Shown here one piece after another: positions 1-9,806 of a stretch of 64,000 bases of DNA (positions within the stretch are counted from its first letter, which is position 1; each line of letters starts with the position of its first letter). Source of the stretch: Candidatus Eiseniibacteriota bacterium (GTDB lineage: Bacteria > ARS69); NCBI GenBank assembly GCA_052390515.1, contig JBQTGV010000005.1, positions 1 to 64,000 on the forward strand, written 5' to 3'. The notes under the pieces were generated by a model that was not told the DNA's origin, did no database searches, and saw nothing but the letters and a program-made list of their open reading frames with translations. The translations under genes and the position numbers were made by a program.

Positions 1-252
1 CGCCCGCGGCGCGGAACGCGCGGCGCAGGCGCCCGCGCGCTGGTGATGAGCCTCTGGCAAGTGGAGGACGCCGCCACCGCGGAATGGATGCGCGCGCTGT
101 ACCGCGCGCGCTTCGCCCAGGGCCTCGATCCCGCGGCCGCGGCGCGCGCAGCGAGCGGCCAGGTGCTGCAGGCACGCCGCGCCGAGAGACGCTCCACCCA
201 CCCCTTCTACTGGGCGGGGTTCGTCGTGGAGGGTGGGTCGGCCGGGCCGTAG
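1..252 (+). CDS. CHAT domain (caspase-like) protein, C-terminal fragment, 5' truncated by window
   Basis: AGARALVMSLWQVED..T..WM..LY and HPFYWAGFVV are the typical CHAT-domain C-terminus. Confidence 0.85.
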   Translation, partial: RPRRGTRGAGARALVMSLWQVEDAATAEWMRALYRARFAQGLDPAAAARAASGQVLQARRAERRSTHPFYWAGFVVEGGSAGP

Positions 253-318
253 GATCGATCGCGTTGCCCCGAGCGAGGCGCTGGCGACCGCCCCACGCGG
301 GTCGTGTACCCTCTCGAC

Positions 319-1602
319 ATGGGAGCGAACGCAGAAGCGAGATCGGACCCGGGGAGCTGGGGTCCGTGGAAGCGCTTCGGCTTTCGCTTTCTCCTCGCGT
401 ACGCGGTCTTCACGATCCTGCCCTTCCCCCTCGGCTGGGTGCCGTGGACCGAAGCGATTTCCGAGGCGTACGCGGCCCCCTGCCGAGCGGTCGCCCAGTG
501 GGTGGGCCGAGACGTCCTCGGTCTCGGCTCCGACATCCCGGTGGCGGAGAACGGCAGCGGCGACCGCACGATCGACTACCTGCTCGCTCTCACGTTCGTT
601 TTGCTGGCCGCCGCCACCGCGATCGTCTGGTCGGCCGCCGACCGGCGGCGAACGTCCCACCCGCGACTGCTCGCGGCGCTCCACGTGTACGTTCGCTACT
701 ACCTCGCCTTCGTCCTGCTGGACTACGGCTTCGCCAAGGTGCTCAAGACGCAGTTCCCGTTTCCGCCGCTCGCGAAGCTCGTGCAGCCCTACGGCAGCTC
801 CTCCCCGATGGGCCTGCTGTGGACGTTCATGGGCTACTCCACGTCGTACACGGTGTTCGCCGGCGCGTTGGAGGTGATCGGCGGCGCGCTGCTCTTCTCC
901 CGGCGCACGACGACGTTGGGAGCGCTGCTCACCATCGGCGTGATGTCCAACGTCGTGCTGCTCAACTTCTCGTACGACGTGCCGGTCAAGCTCTACTCGA
1001 CGCACCTTCTCCTGATGGCCGTGTACCTCGCGGCACCCGATCTGCCGCGGGTGCTCGACCTCTTCGTTCGGAACCGGACCGTGCCGTCCGCAGAGCTCGC
1101 GCCGCACTTCGCCGGCGGAGCTCGCCGCCGCCTCGCATGGGCGGCGAAAGTCACCGCCATCGGCCTCGCGCTCTTCGTCTCGCTGTCGAGCAGCCTGAGC
1201 TACCGCGGCGAGATCGCCGCGTCGGATCCCCTGCACGGCCTGTACGAGGTCGACGAGTTCGCGCGCAACGGACACGACGTGCAGCCCCTTCTCGGCAACT
1301 CCTCCAGGTGGCGCTGGGTCTCGCTGGAGAGCTGGGGGGCCCGCGTCCTGCTCCTCGACGACACGATGCTCCGCTTCTCGGTGACGTACGACCATGAGCA
1401 GCACGAGATCGAGCTGCAGGACTGGTTCGGTCCGGGCACGACGCACGTCTTCTCGGCGCAGAACGACGGCGACCACCTCGTCCTCGAGGGCGCGATGGGC
1501 TTCGACACGATCCGGGCGGAGCTGCGCAAAGTCGACCCGTCGCGCTTTCCGCTGGTGAGCCGCGGGTTCCACTGGATCAACGAGGCGCCGTTCAACCGCT
1601 GA
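319..1602 (+). CDS. DoxX-like multi-pass membrane protein
   Basis: ATG 319; GSGDRT, RYYLAF..YGFAKV..QFP, SPMGLLWTFMGYS, NFSYDVPVKLYS and terminal RGFHWINEAPFNR; many TM segments. Confidence 0.75.
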   Translation: MGANAEARSDPGSWGPWKRFGFRFLLAYAVFTILPFPLGWVPWTEAISEAYAAPCRAVAQWVGRDVLGLGSDIPVAENGSGDRTIDYLLALTFVLLAAATAIVWSAADRRRTSHPRLLAALHVYVRYYLAFVLLDYGFAKVLKTQFPFPPLAKLVQPYGSSSPMGLLWTFMGYSTSYTVFAGALEVIGGALLFSRRTTTLGALLTIGVMSNVVLLNFSYDVPVKLYSTHLLLMAVYLAAPDLPRVLDLFVRNRTVPSAELAPHFAGGARRRLAWAAKVTAIGLALFVSLSSSLSYRGEIAASDPLHGLYEVDEFARNGHDVQPLLGNSSRWRWVSLESWGARVLLLDDTMLRFSVTYDHEQHEIELQDWFGPGTTHVFSAQNDGDHLVLEGAMGFDTIRAELRKVDPSRFPLVSRGFHWINEAPFNR

Positions 1603-1716
1603 CACACGACATGCCGCGAGACGACCGCGAAGTTACGGGGTACGATGTCGGTGAGGTCTTGCCGGTATGGCTGCGGCGTCTCACCTGGCGCGGAGACGCG
1701 GGGAGGATCCGTCGAC

Positions 1717-2301
1717 ATGACCAAGGGGAGGCTCGAAGCGTTCAGCGACGGCGTGATCGCCATCATCATCACGATCATGGTACTGGAGATGAAGGTGCCC
1801 CACAGCGCGGAGTGGAGCGCGCTGCGTCCGCTCGCGCCCGTGTTCCTGAGCTACGTGCTCAGCTTCGTCTTCGTCGGCGTCTACTGGAACAACCACCACC
1901 ACATGCTGCAAGCCGTGCATCGCGTGAGCGGCAGGATCCTGTGGGCGAACCTGCACCTGCTCTTCTGGCTGTCGCTCTTCCCCTTCGTGACGGCATGGAT
2001 GGGCGAGAACCGGTTCGCGGCGGCGCCCGTCGCGCTCTACGGGGCGGTGCTGCTCTGCGCGGCGTGCGCGTACTACGTGTTGAGCCGCGCGCTGATCGCC
2101 CACCATGGTGCGGACTCCGCCCTCGCCGCGGCCGTGGGCAGCGACGTCAAGGGCAAGGTGTCCGTGGTGGCCTACGTCGTGGCGCTGCCGTCGACGCTCC
2201 TGCACCCGTGGATCGCCTGCGCCATCTACGTCGTGGTCGCGGTCATGTGGCTGATCCCCGACCGCCGCATCGAGAGGACGCTGCTCGAGCGCGCATCCTG
2301 A
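1717..2301 (+). CDS. TMEM175 (DUF1211) family potassium channel
   Basis: RLEAFSDGVIAIIITIMVLE signature, YWNNHH; GGAGG RBS before ATG 1717. Confidence 0.92.
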   Translation: MTKGRLEAFSDGVIAIIITIMVLEMKVPHSAEWSALRPLAPVFLSYVLSFVFVGVYWNNHHHMLQAVHRVSGRILWANLHLLFWLSLFPFVTAWMGENRFAAAPVALYGAVLLCAACAYYVLSRALIAHHGADSALAAAVGSDVKGKVSVVAYVVALPSTLLHPWIACAIYVVVAVMWLIPDRRIERTLLERAS

Positions 2302-2304
2302 GCC

Positions 2305-2766
2305 ATGAACCTCGAGGCGTGGGAACTCGCCAGCTACGTCGTCACCGTGATCGGCCTGCCGCTGGCGATCCTCGTGTTCCTGTACGAGCAGCGCAAGGAA
2401 CGCGACAACGAGGAGGAAGAGGTCTACCAGCTGCTCTCCGACAACTACCAGGACTTCCTGAAGATCGTGCTGGCCAATCCCGATCTCGGACTCGTCTCCA
2501 CCGAGCAGACTCCCCAGCTCTCCAACGAGCAGCGCGAGCGGATGCTCATCATCTTCAGCATGCTGGTCTCGCTGTTCGAACGCGCCTATCTGCTCCTCTA
2601 CGAAGAGGAGATGTCGCCGCGGCAGGCACGGCGCTGGTCCTCGTGGGAGGACTACATGCGGGAGTGGTGCGGGCGGGCGGACTTCCGGGCGTCGCTGCCC
2701 TCCCTGCTGCGCGGCGAGGACCCCAGCTTCGCGAAGTACATCGGCGCGCTCCTGGAGGAGGAGTAG
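2305..2766 (+). CDS. Hypothetical protein with N-terminal TM helix
   Basis: Clean coding-like ORF 3 nt after the TMEM175 stop; one TM helix followed by an acidic helical domain. Confidence 0.75.
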   Translation: MNLEAWELASYVVTVIGLPLAILVFLYEQRKERDNEEEEVYQLLSDNYQDFLKIVLANPDLGLVSTEQTPQLSNEQRERMLIIFSMLVSLFERAYLLLYEEEMSPRQARRWSSWEDYMREWCGRADFRASLPSLLRGEDPSFAKYIGALLEEE

Positions 2767-2821
2767 TGTTCCGTCTCTTGGCTCAGGCGCGGCCCGCCGG
2801 CTGCCGACTTCGCTCCGCGCC

Positions 2822-3909
2822 CTACGCGGCCGGTGCTTCACCCGAGGCACGCTGGAGCCGGCGCAGCGCCGGAGCGAGCGTGACCGCCAGGATCAGGAGG
2901 GTCAGCGCGCCGGACGCGAAGACGACTTCCGCGCGGATCCGCTCGGTTCCGGTCAGGACGATCATGGCAAGGAAGTACGGGAGCGGCGTCCAGATCCAGG
3001 TCATCACGACGGCTCGGCTGCCGCGCCACACACCCCGCGACGTGCGCAGCGCCGGCCCGGGTCCGTCCTCCGGCGCGGACCACTCGACTCGTCCGTCGGG
3101 CTCCGCCGCGCGAAGGAGCCACCGAGCCGATCGCGGCCCGACGGGCGCGAGACGAGGAGCCGCTCCGGCCAGGGCAAGCACGCCAGATACGACACCAGCA
3201 CCGCGGAGAGGAAGATGCCATAGTCGCCCTGAACGAGGATCGCCGCGCCTGCGTGCACTCCCGCAGCGACCCACACTCCCAGAGGTCTCGTTCGGCCGAA
3301 GAGAAACAGCACCCCCGCGAGGACCTCGGCCACGAAGATGGACCAGCACATCAGTTTCGCGAGGAGGATCCCCGGAAGGAGCGGGGCGAGGCCGAGATAG
3401 ATCGGCGACTGCCGGATGTGTCCCAGGAAGTAGTCGAAGTACTGACCGGTCCTCCAGTCCACCTCCATGAGCTTGTTGAAGCCTGCTCCGAAGTACATGA
3501 GCGCGATCTGCCAGTAGATGAGCCACGGCGATCGCCCCTTCTCCTGCAGCCCGATCAGGAAGAAGAGGAGCCCGACGAAGACCTTCGCGTTGCGGTAGTA
3601 GACTTTCGACGTGAGGGTCGCCAGCAGGAACACGGTCCCGAGGATGAGGCAGTTCGTGCGCACCGCCCGGTTCACCATCAAGCCCGCCGCGCTGACGAGG
3701 AAGGCGAACTGCAGAGCCCGGGACCACGCCGGACTCGGCAGATTGTCCATCCAGGCGAACATCGGAGCGAACGGCTCCGGGAATCCGAGGTGGTAGCCTT
3801 TCAGCACGAGGCCGATCACCAGCAGCTTCGCCGCGAGAAGGAGCGGTCCCGGGAGACTCGTCCCCTCCACGCGAAGCGGGTTCCACGAGGACCGCCAGAG
3901 TGAAGTCAT
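2822..3909 (-). pseudogene. HTTM/SdpB-like membrane protein, apparently frameshifted by one missing base near 3130-3150
   Basis: ATG 3909 overlaps the upstream stop (ATGA); TM-rich with WQIALMYFGAGFNKL..DWRTG (HTTM-like); protein-like sequence continues in another frame (RWLLRAAEPDGRVEW...TPLPYFLAMIVL) to 2822; 1088 nt plus 1 gives 362 aa. Confidence 0.6.
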
Positions 3910-4262
3910 CGCGCGGGCCAGTGCCACTGCTGCTCCACCCCGCCGTTCTTGCGGTACGTCACGGTGACCTGCGCCTCGTCGGCCGTTCGGTAGACGCGTT
4001 CCACGTGGGAGATCACGGTTGTCACCTGGTGGATGGCGCGGGGGTTGCGCCCGGGGGTGGGGAGGTCGTAGCGCCGGGAGACCTCCTCGGACGTCAGCCG
4101 CCTCCCCCCGACGGCCGTCTCGATCGTGTACTCGAACTGGGCGTCGTAGGGAGACCAGCAGTAGAAGCGCATGGGGTGGATGCGGGCGACCCCGAGCGCC
4201 ACGACCTGGGGAAGCAGCAGAGCCAGGCCGAGAACCGAACGGACGAACCGAACTCTCGACAC
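3906..4262 (-). CDS. Small membrane-anchored hypothetical protein, partner of the HTTM-like gene
   Basis: GTG 4262 after a G-rich RBS; N-terminal hydrophobic helix, RFYCWSPYD motif; coupled to the downstream gene. Confidence 0.65.
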   Translation of the reverse strand: MSRVRFVRSVLGLALLLPQVVALGVARIHPMRFYCWSPYDAQFEYTIETAVGGRRLTSEEVSRRYDLPTPGRNPRAIHQVTTVISHVERVYRTADEAQVTVTYRKNGGVEQQWHWPAR

Positions 4263-4362
4263 GTGTCCCCCCGGCTGACCCGGCCGAAACCGCTTCCTCG
4301 GGATCGGCTTCCCGGGGGGTCCGGTGCACCCCGCGACGGAGGACTCGAGCCGATCGCCCCAA

Positions 4363-4412
4363 GTTTCTGTCCAATCAACATTGTACACTGTGATTAAACT
4401 ATGTTAATGCTA
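4363..4412. promoter_or_regulatory. AT-rich divergent promoter region
   Basis: CCAATCAACATTGTACACTGTGATTAAACTATGTTAATGC between divergent genes in a GC-rich background. Confidence 0.5.
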
Positions 4413-4422
4413 CCCGCACACT

Positions 4423-5745
4423 GTGCGGGGCCGAGGACACTCCTCCGCTGGTGGCCACGGGTCGAGGTCCCCCATCGGAGGTCGCGGTTTGCGGGCCCTG
4501 CTCGTCGAAATGGCAGATTGGCCGGTGGCGGCCCGGTTCCCGGCCACGCTGAAGCGGGCCGGCTTCGAGACCGCCGTGCTGGCCACCCCGGGCGCGATGA
4601 TCCGCCGGTCCCGGTACTTGGACGGCCTGTTCGATTACCCGGCCCAGCACCTGCTTCGGTTCGCGGGGGTCCTCACGGCGATCGGGAGCTGGAGCCCGGA
4701 CGTCGTCATCCCCTGTGACGACGAGGCCGTGCAGGCCCTGTGTCGGATCCGGGAGGGGGTCGCCGGGCAGCGGCGGTGGTTCGTCATCGGACCGGTGAGG
4801 AAGCTCCTCGACCGTTCCATCGGGCCGGTCTCGGGGTTCGAGACGAAGCGAACGCGAGCCGCTTCCCTGCGCGCCCTCGAAGCGTCCGGCGTCTGCGTTG
4901 CCCCCTTCGCCCGAATCCCCTCCCAGCACCACCTTCGCGCCTTCGTCGAGGCGCACGGACTGCCCGTCGTGCTCAAGGCGGACGGCTCGGCGGCAGGTCA
5001 GGGGGTGCGCGTGTGCCGCACGCTGGAAGGGGCGGACGCAGCCTTCCTCGACCTTGCCGGACGGGTGCGTGCGGAGCACCGCGACCGGGGACAGCGCCTG
5101 ACCGAAGCGCTCCTCTGGGGCACCGATCCGACGGCCCCGTCCCAGGTGAGCGCGCAGAAGTTCGTAGCCGGACGCGAAGCGATGAGGACGTTCGTGGCGC
5201 TGGGGGGCCGGGAGATCGACGGCATCTCCGTGTCGAAGATCGTCCGATCCGACGACGGGCTCGGACCGGCCACCGTCATCGACTTCATCGATCACCCGGA
5301 GATGAGCGAGGCGACGACGCGGCTGGCACGGGCGATCGGCTACTCCGGCTTCGGCAGCATCGACTTCATCGTCGAGGACGGCACGAATCGCGCCCACGCG
5401 ATCGAGTTCAACTCCCGCCTGACCGCCCTCGTCCACCTCGGGCATCACGTGGGCCACGACCTGGCGGAGGCCCTTCTCCTGGCACTGCGCGGGGAGCAGC
5501 TCGAGACGCGTGCTCCGGCGCGCGGCCGCCTGACGCTCTTCCCTCGCGAGTGGATGCGGGATCCGTCGAGCCCCTATCTCACGGAGTGCTTCGTCGATGT
5601 TCCGACCGAGGAGCCGGAGATCACGAAGGCGCTCGTCGAATACGCCGAGGGAAAGTCTCCACAGCACGGCCCGATGAACCTCGCCGCGTTCTGCACCGAT
5701 CCGATGGCGATTCTCCGCGAGAACCCGGGCGGCCAACCGAAGTAG
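4423..5745 (+). CDS. ATP-grasp domain protein
   Basis: SRY, VIPCDD, GLPVVLKADGSAAGQGV, QKFVAG, GFGSIDFI, IEFNSR; exact start uncertain. Confidence 0.8.
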   Translation: MRGRGHSSAGGHGSRSPIGGRGLRALLVEMADWPVAARFPATLKRAGFETAVLATPGAMIRRSRYLDGLFDYPAQHLLRFAGVLTAIGSWSPDVVIPCDDEAVQALCRIREGVAGQRRWFVIGPVRKLLDRSIGPVSGFETKRTRAASLRALEASGVCVAPFARIPSQHHLRAFVEAHGLPVVLKADGSAAGQGVRVCRTLEGADAAFLDLAGRVRAEHRDRGQRLTEALLWGTDPTAPSQVSAQKFVAGREAMRTFVALGGREIDGISVSKIVRSDDGLGPATVIDFIDHPEMSEATTRLARAIGYSGFGSIDFIVEDGTNRAHAIEFNSRLTALVHLGHHVGHDLAEALLLALRGEQLETRAPARGRLTLFPREWMRDPSSPYLTECFVDVPTEEPEITKALVEYAEGKSPQHGPMNLAAFCTDPMAILRENPGGQPK

Positions 5746-5773
5746 AATCGCGTCATGGACGCTGCGCCCGCGC

Positions 5774-7006
5774 GTGGCTGGTGCGACGAGTGAACGCCGG
5801 CGAACGCCATTGACCGATCGACGACGGCTCTACGCCGCCGCGTTCGTGCGCGCGGTCGCGACGGGATGGATCGGCGTCCTCCTCGGCGTCTACCTCGCCG
5901 AGATCGGCGTGGGGACCGGCACGATCGGTCTGATCGTGAGCTGCGGCCTCGCCGGCGCGGCGACCGGCACGCTGCTCGTGACGTTCCTGGGCGACCGCAT
6001 CGGGCATCGCCGATCGCTGCTGCTGGTCGCGTTGTTCGGGGCGGCAGGTGGTGCCGCTCTCGCTGTCAGCTCGCATCCCGTCGTGCTCGGGATCGCCGCC
6101 TTCCTCGGCATGGTCAACGGCATGGGCCGGGACCGGGGAGCGGCGCTCGTCGTCGAGCAGGCTGTGCTTCCGGCCACCGTCGGCGACGCCGGGCGTACCA
6201 TGGTCTTCGCCCGATACAACGTCCTGCAGGATGTCGGACACGCGGCCGGCGGGCTGCTGGCCGGATTGCCCGCGCTCCTCGCGAACGGCGGTGTTTCGGA
6301 CCCCCTCTCGTTCCGCGCTTCGGTCGCGGGGTACGCCGCTCTTTCGCTGCTTCCGATCGCGGCCTACGTGGGGCTGTCGGCGGCCGTCGAGGCGCCCTCG
6401 CTCTCGCGCCGCGGCACCGTTTCGCGGGAGAGCCGCAGCATCCTGTGGCGCATCTCCTCCCTCTTCGCGCTGGACAGCCTCGCCGGCGGATTCCTCACCA
6501 CCGCGCTGCTCTCGTTCTTCTTCCACGAGCGCTTCGGCGTCGGCGTCGCCACCATCGGCCCGCTCTTCGCCGCCGCCCGCGTGGCCAACGCGCTGTCGCA
6601 CCTCGGCGCAGCTTGGCTCGCGAAGCGGATCGGACTCGTCAACACGATGGTGTTCACGCACATCCCCTCGAGCCTGCTGCTCGTCACCGTGGCCTGGGCT
6701 CCGAGCTTCCCCGTAGCCGCCGCGCTCTTCCTCCTTCGCGAGGGCCTGGTGGAGATGGACGTGCCCACGAGACAGTCCTACGTGATGGCGATGGTGCGGC
6801 CCGAAGAGCGGACGTTCGCTTCCGGCGTGACGCACCTCGTGCGCATGGCGGCGTGGGCGGTGGCCCCGGCCTTCGCCGGCCTGATGATGGCGGACCTCGG
6901 CCTGATGATCCCCCTCGTCATCGGAGCCGCCATGAAGATCGCCTACGATCTCCTGCTGTGGCGCGCGTTCCGGCACGTCCGGCCGCCGGAGGAGCGGACG
7001 GCGTGA
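5774..7006 (+). CDS. MFS transporter
   Basis: About 12 TM segments; motif A (LGDRIGHRR); NTMVFTHIPSS and EMDVPTRQSY; start may be TTG 5810. Confidence 0.88.
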   Translation: MAGATSERRRTPLTDRRRLYAAAFVRAVATGWIGVLLGVYLAEIGVGTGTIGLIVSCGLAGAATGTLLVTFLGDRIGHRRSLLLVALFGAAGGAALAVSSHPVVLGIAAFLGMVNGMGRDRGAALVVEQAVLPATVGDAGRTMVFARYNVLQDVGHAAGGLLAGLPALLANGGVSDPLSFRASVAGYAALSLLPIAAYVGLSAAVEAPSLSRRGTVSRESRSILWRISSLFALDSLAGGFLTTALLSFFFHERFGVGVATIGPLFAAARVANALSHLGAAWLAKRIGLVNTMVFTHIPSSLLLVTVAWAPSFPVAAALFLLREGLVEMDVPTRQSYVMAMVRPEERTFASGVTHLVRMAAWAVAPAFAGLMMADLGLMIPLVIGAAMKIAYDLLLWRAFRHVRPPEERTA

Positions 7007-7406
7007 CGGTCACGGACGGCCGGCGGCCCCGCGTTCGCTCTCCGCGCGCTCGCGCTCCTCGGAGAACCTCTCGTGGACGGCCCGGGCCGACGTCGCGCCT
7101 CGGCCGGGGGCGTGGTGACCCGGTCCCTCGGCCCAAAGTACGCCGGACGCGGCCTCGCGACACGGTCGCTCCGGCCGCCTTCGTGTAGTATGGCTGCTGG
7201 CCGGCGCCAACGTCGGCGCGCACAGCCGTCTGCACACGTTCAAGATCGAGCGCCTTTCCCTGGACTTGCCGATCGTCGTGGAGATCGTGGACACGAAGGA
7301 GAAGCTCGAGACGTTCCTCGCCGCCATCGACGATGACATCACCGAGGGGCTCGCCACCCTCGAGAAGGTCGACGTGCGGCTCTACCGGAGCCGGCCGGTC
7401 TCGTGA
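7003..7406 (+). pseudogene. DUF190 (PII-like) protein with disrupted 5' half
   Basis: 7215-7406 reads GAHSRLHTFKIERLSLDLPIVVEIVDTKEKLETFLAAIDDDITEGLATLEKVDVRLYRS, a DUF190 C-half; in-frame TGA at 7116 and no usable start; GTG 7003 overlaps the MFS stop. Confidence 0.75.
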
Positions 7407-7816
7407 GCGTCGAGGCGAACAAGGAGGTGGTCCGCCGCTGGTACCGCGACCTGTGGAACCGGTGGGACCTTGACGCGGCGGGCGAGCTCGTCCACGACGA
7501 TCTCTCGTTTCGCGGATCGCTGGGCACGGAGGTGTCCGGAATCGAGGCGCTGAAGGACTACGTGTGCACCGTGCGGGCTGCCTTCCCGGACTTCCACAAC
7601 CGCATCGACGAGCTCGTGGGCGAAGCGAACGTCGTGGTGGCCCGCCTCACCTACACCGGCACTCACCGCGGTCCGCTCTTCGGCTTCGCTCCGACCGGCC
7701 GGCGCGTCGAGTACGCCGGCGTCGCCGTCTTCACCCTGCGTGACGGCAGGATCGCCAGGGCCTGGGTCCTCGGTGACGTCCACGGGCTGCGCGAGCAGCT
7801 CGGCGCCGCCGAGTGA
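7403..7816 (+). CDS. SnoaL-like ester cyclase (NTF2 fold)
   Basis: NKEVVRRWY, AFPDF, TGTHRGPLFGFAPTGRRV, DGRI motifs. Confidence 0.9.
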   Translation: MSVEANKEVVRRWYRDLWNRWDLDAAGELVHDDLSFRGSLGTEVSGIEALKDYVCTVRAAFPDFHNRIDELVGEANVVVARLTYTGTHRGPLFGFAPTGRRVEYAGVAVFTLRDGRIARAWVLGDVHGLREQLGAAE

Positions 7817-9756
7817 AGGAGCCCGGCAAGGGCCCGCGCCGACCGGCGGCGCTCGCGTTGGCCCGACCGGCCAAGCCTCGCGGCCCGTTCACGCGCTGGC
7901 TCCGGGGAGACGGCGGAGCGCACGGGCACTCCACCCACCCGTGGTACCTCGTCCTGTGGCTCACCGGCGTGGACTACTTCTCGACGCTCGGTTACCAGCC
8001 GGGAATCGCGCTGCTGGCCGCGGGCGCACTCTCGCCGCTCGCGACCGGACTCCTGGTCGTCGTGACGCTGCTCGGCGCGCTGCCGATCTACGCCCAGGTG
8101 GCCTCGCGCTCGTACGCCGGACAGGGCTCCATCGCCATGCTGGAGAGCCTGCTGCCGGGCTGGTTCGGCAAGGTGCTCGTCCTGGTCCTGCTGGGCTTCG
8201 CGGCGACCGACTTCGTCATCACCATCACGCTGTCGGCGGCCGACGCGACCCAGCACGCCATCGAGAACCCGTTCCTCCACGAGCACCTCGGCGAAGCCAG
8301 GCTCCCGCTGACCATCGCGCTCATCGCGCTGCTCGCCGCCGTGTTCCTGAAGGGATTCACCGAGGCGATCGGCGTCGCCGCGATGGTGGCCATCCCCTAC
8401 CTGCTGCTCAACCTGGTCGTTCTGGTTCGCGGTCTCCTGGAGATCGCCGGACGTCCGGGGATCATCGGCGAATGGCGCTCCGGCCTGTTCACGCAACACG
8501 GCGACTGGGTCGGCCTGCTCGTCGTCTCGGCGCTGATCTTCCCGAAGCTGGCGCTCGGGCTCTCCGGCTTCGAGACCGGTGTCTCGGTCATGCCCCTCGT
8601 CTCCGGCGATGCCAAGGACGGCGGCGTTCCTTTCGCGCGCATCTCCGCCACGCGCCGACTGCTCGCCGCCGCGGCCCTCATCATGTCCGCCTACCTGCTG
8701 CTCTCCAGCTTCGTGACGACGCTGCTCGTCCCGGAGGAGGCCTACGCCGAAGACGGCGAGGCCGCCGGACGCGTGCTCGCCTGGCTCGCGCACGGCCTCC
8801 TCGGCCACGGCTTCGGCTCGGTCTACGACGCGGCCACGCTGCTGATCCTGTGGTTCGCGGGTGCCTCGGCGATGGCCGGCCTGCTCAATTTGATCCCGCG
8901 TTACCTCCCCCGCTTCGGCATGGCACCCGGCTGGGTGGCCCACCGCCGCCCGCTGGTGATCGTCATCCTGGTCATCTGCGTGATCGTGACCTGGATCTTC
9001 GACGCCGACGTGGAGGCGCAGGGCGGCGCCTACGCGACCGGGGTGCTCGCGCTGATGCTGTCCGCCGCCGTGGCCGTGGCGCTCTCGCTCACGCGGGAGG
9101 GCAAGCGCCTCCTCGGCGGATACTTCTGGATCCTGTCGGCGGTCTTCGCCTACACGCTGCTGGAGAACATCCACGAGCGTCCCGACGGACTGATCATCTC
9201 CAGCGTGTTCATCGGGATCGTTCTGGTGCTGAGCGCGGTCAGCCGCTACCTGCGCGCGACCGAGCTGCGCATCACCGAGATCACGTTCGCCGACGAGGAG
9301 TCGGCCTCCCTGTGGAAGGAGATGACGGGCAAGAAGGTGAATCTGGTGCCGTTGACGCAGGCGGATCCCGCCGCGCGCAGGCGGAAGGCCGAGGAGATCG
9401 ACCGCTACTACGACATCCACCATCCGTACGCGTTCGTGCACGTCCGGCTGCTGGACAACCGCAGCGAGTTCCTCGCCCCGGTGAGCGTGCGCGTTCGCAA
9501 GGAAGGCGCCGACTACACCATCGAAGGGACCGGCGCCGTGGCCATCGCCAACACGATCGCGTACTTCAGCGAGCTGCTCGACCCCGTGGGCATCTTCCTC
9601 GGACTCACCCGCAAGGGCCTGATGACGCAGTCGTTCCGCTACCTTCTCTGGGGCGAAGGCGAGACCGGGCTCATGGTCTACCAGATCCTGCTGCGCTACT
9701 GGGACTGGACGCCTGGCGACGACGTTCGCCCGCTCATCTTCCTGATGAGCGAGTAG
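7813..9756 (+). CDS. APC-superfamily transporter (amino acid transporter or KimA-like K+ transporter)
   Basis: LTGVDYFSTLGYQPGIA, FPKLALGLSGFETGV, QGGAYATGVL; about 12 TM plus a C-terminal soluble domain. Confidence 0.82.
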   Translation: MKEPGKGPRRPAALALARPAKPRGPFTRWLRGDGGAHGHSTHPWYLVLWLTGVDYFSTLGYQPGIALLAAGALSPLATGLLVVVTLLGALPIYAQVASRSYAGQGSIAMLESLLPGWFGKVLVLVLLGFAATDFVITITLSAADATQHAIENPFLHEHLGEARLPLTIALIALLAAVFLKGFTEAIGVAAMVAIPYLLLNLVVLVRGLLEIAGRPGIIGEWRSGLFTQHGDWVGLLVVSALIFPKLALGLSGFETGVSVMPLVSGDAKDGGVPFARISATRRLLAAAALIMSAYLLLSSFVTTLLVPEEAYAEDGEAAGRVLAWLAHGLLGHGFGSVYDAATLLILWFAGASAMAGLLNLIPRYLPRFGMAPGWVAHRRPLVIVILVICVIVTWIFDADVEAQGGAYATGVLALMLSAAVAVALSLTREGKRLLGGYFWILSAVFAYTLLENIHERPDGLIISSVFIGIVLVLSAVSRYLRATELRITEITFADEESASLWKEMTGKKVNLVPLTQADPAARRRKAEEIDRYYDIHHPYAFVHVRLLDNRSEFLAPVSVRVRKEGADYTIEGTGAVAIANTIAYFSELLDPVGIFLGLTRKGLMTQSFRYLLWGEGETGLMVYQILLRYWDWTPGDDVRPLIFLMSE

Positions 9757-9806
9757 CGCCGGGCGCCGGCCGCGGCACCCGGCGGCGTCCACGCGGTCCA
9801 GCGCCC

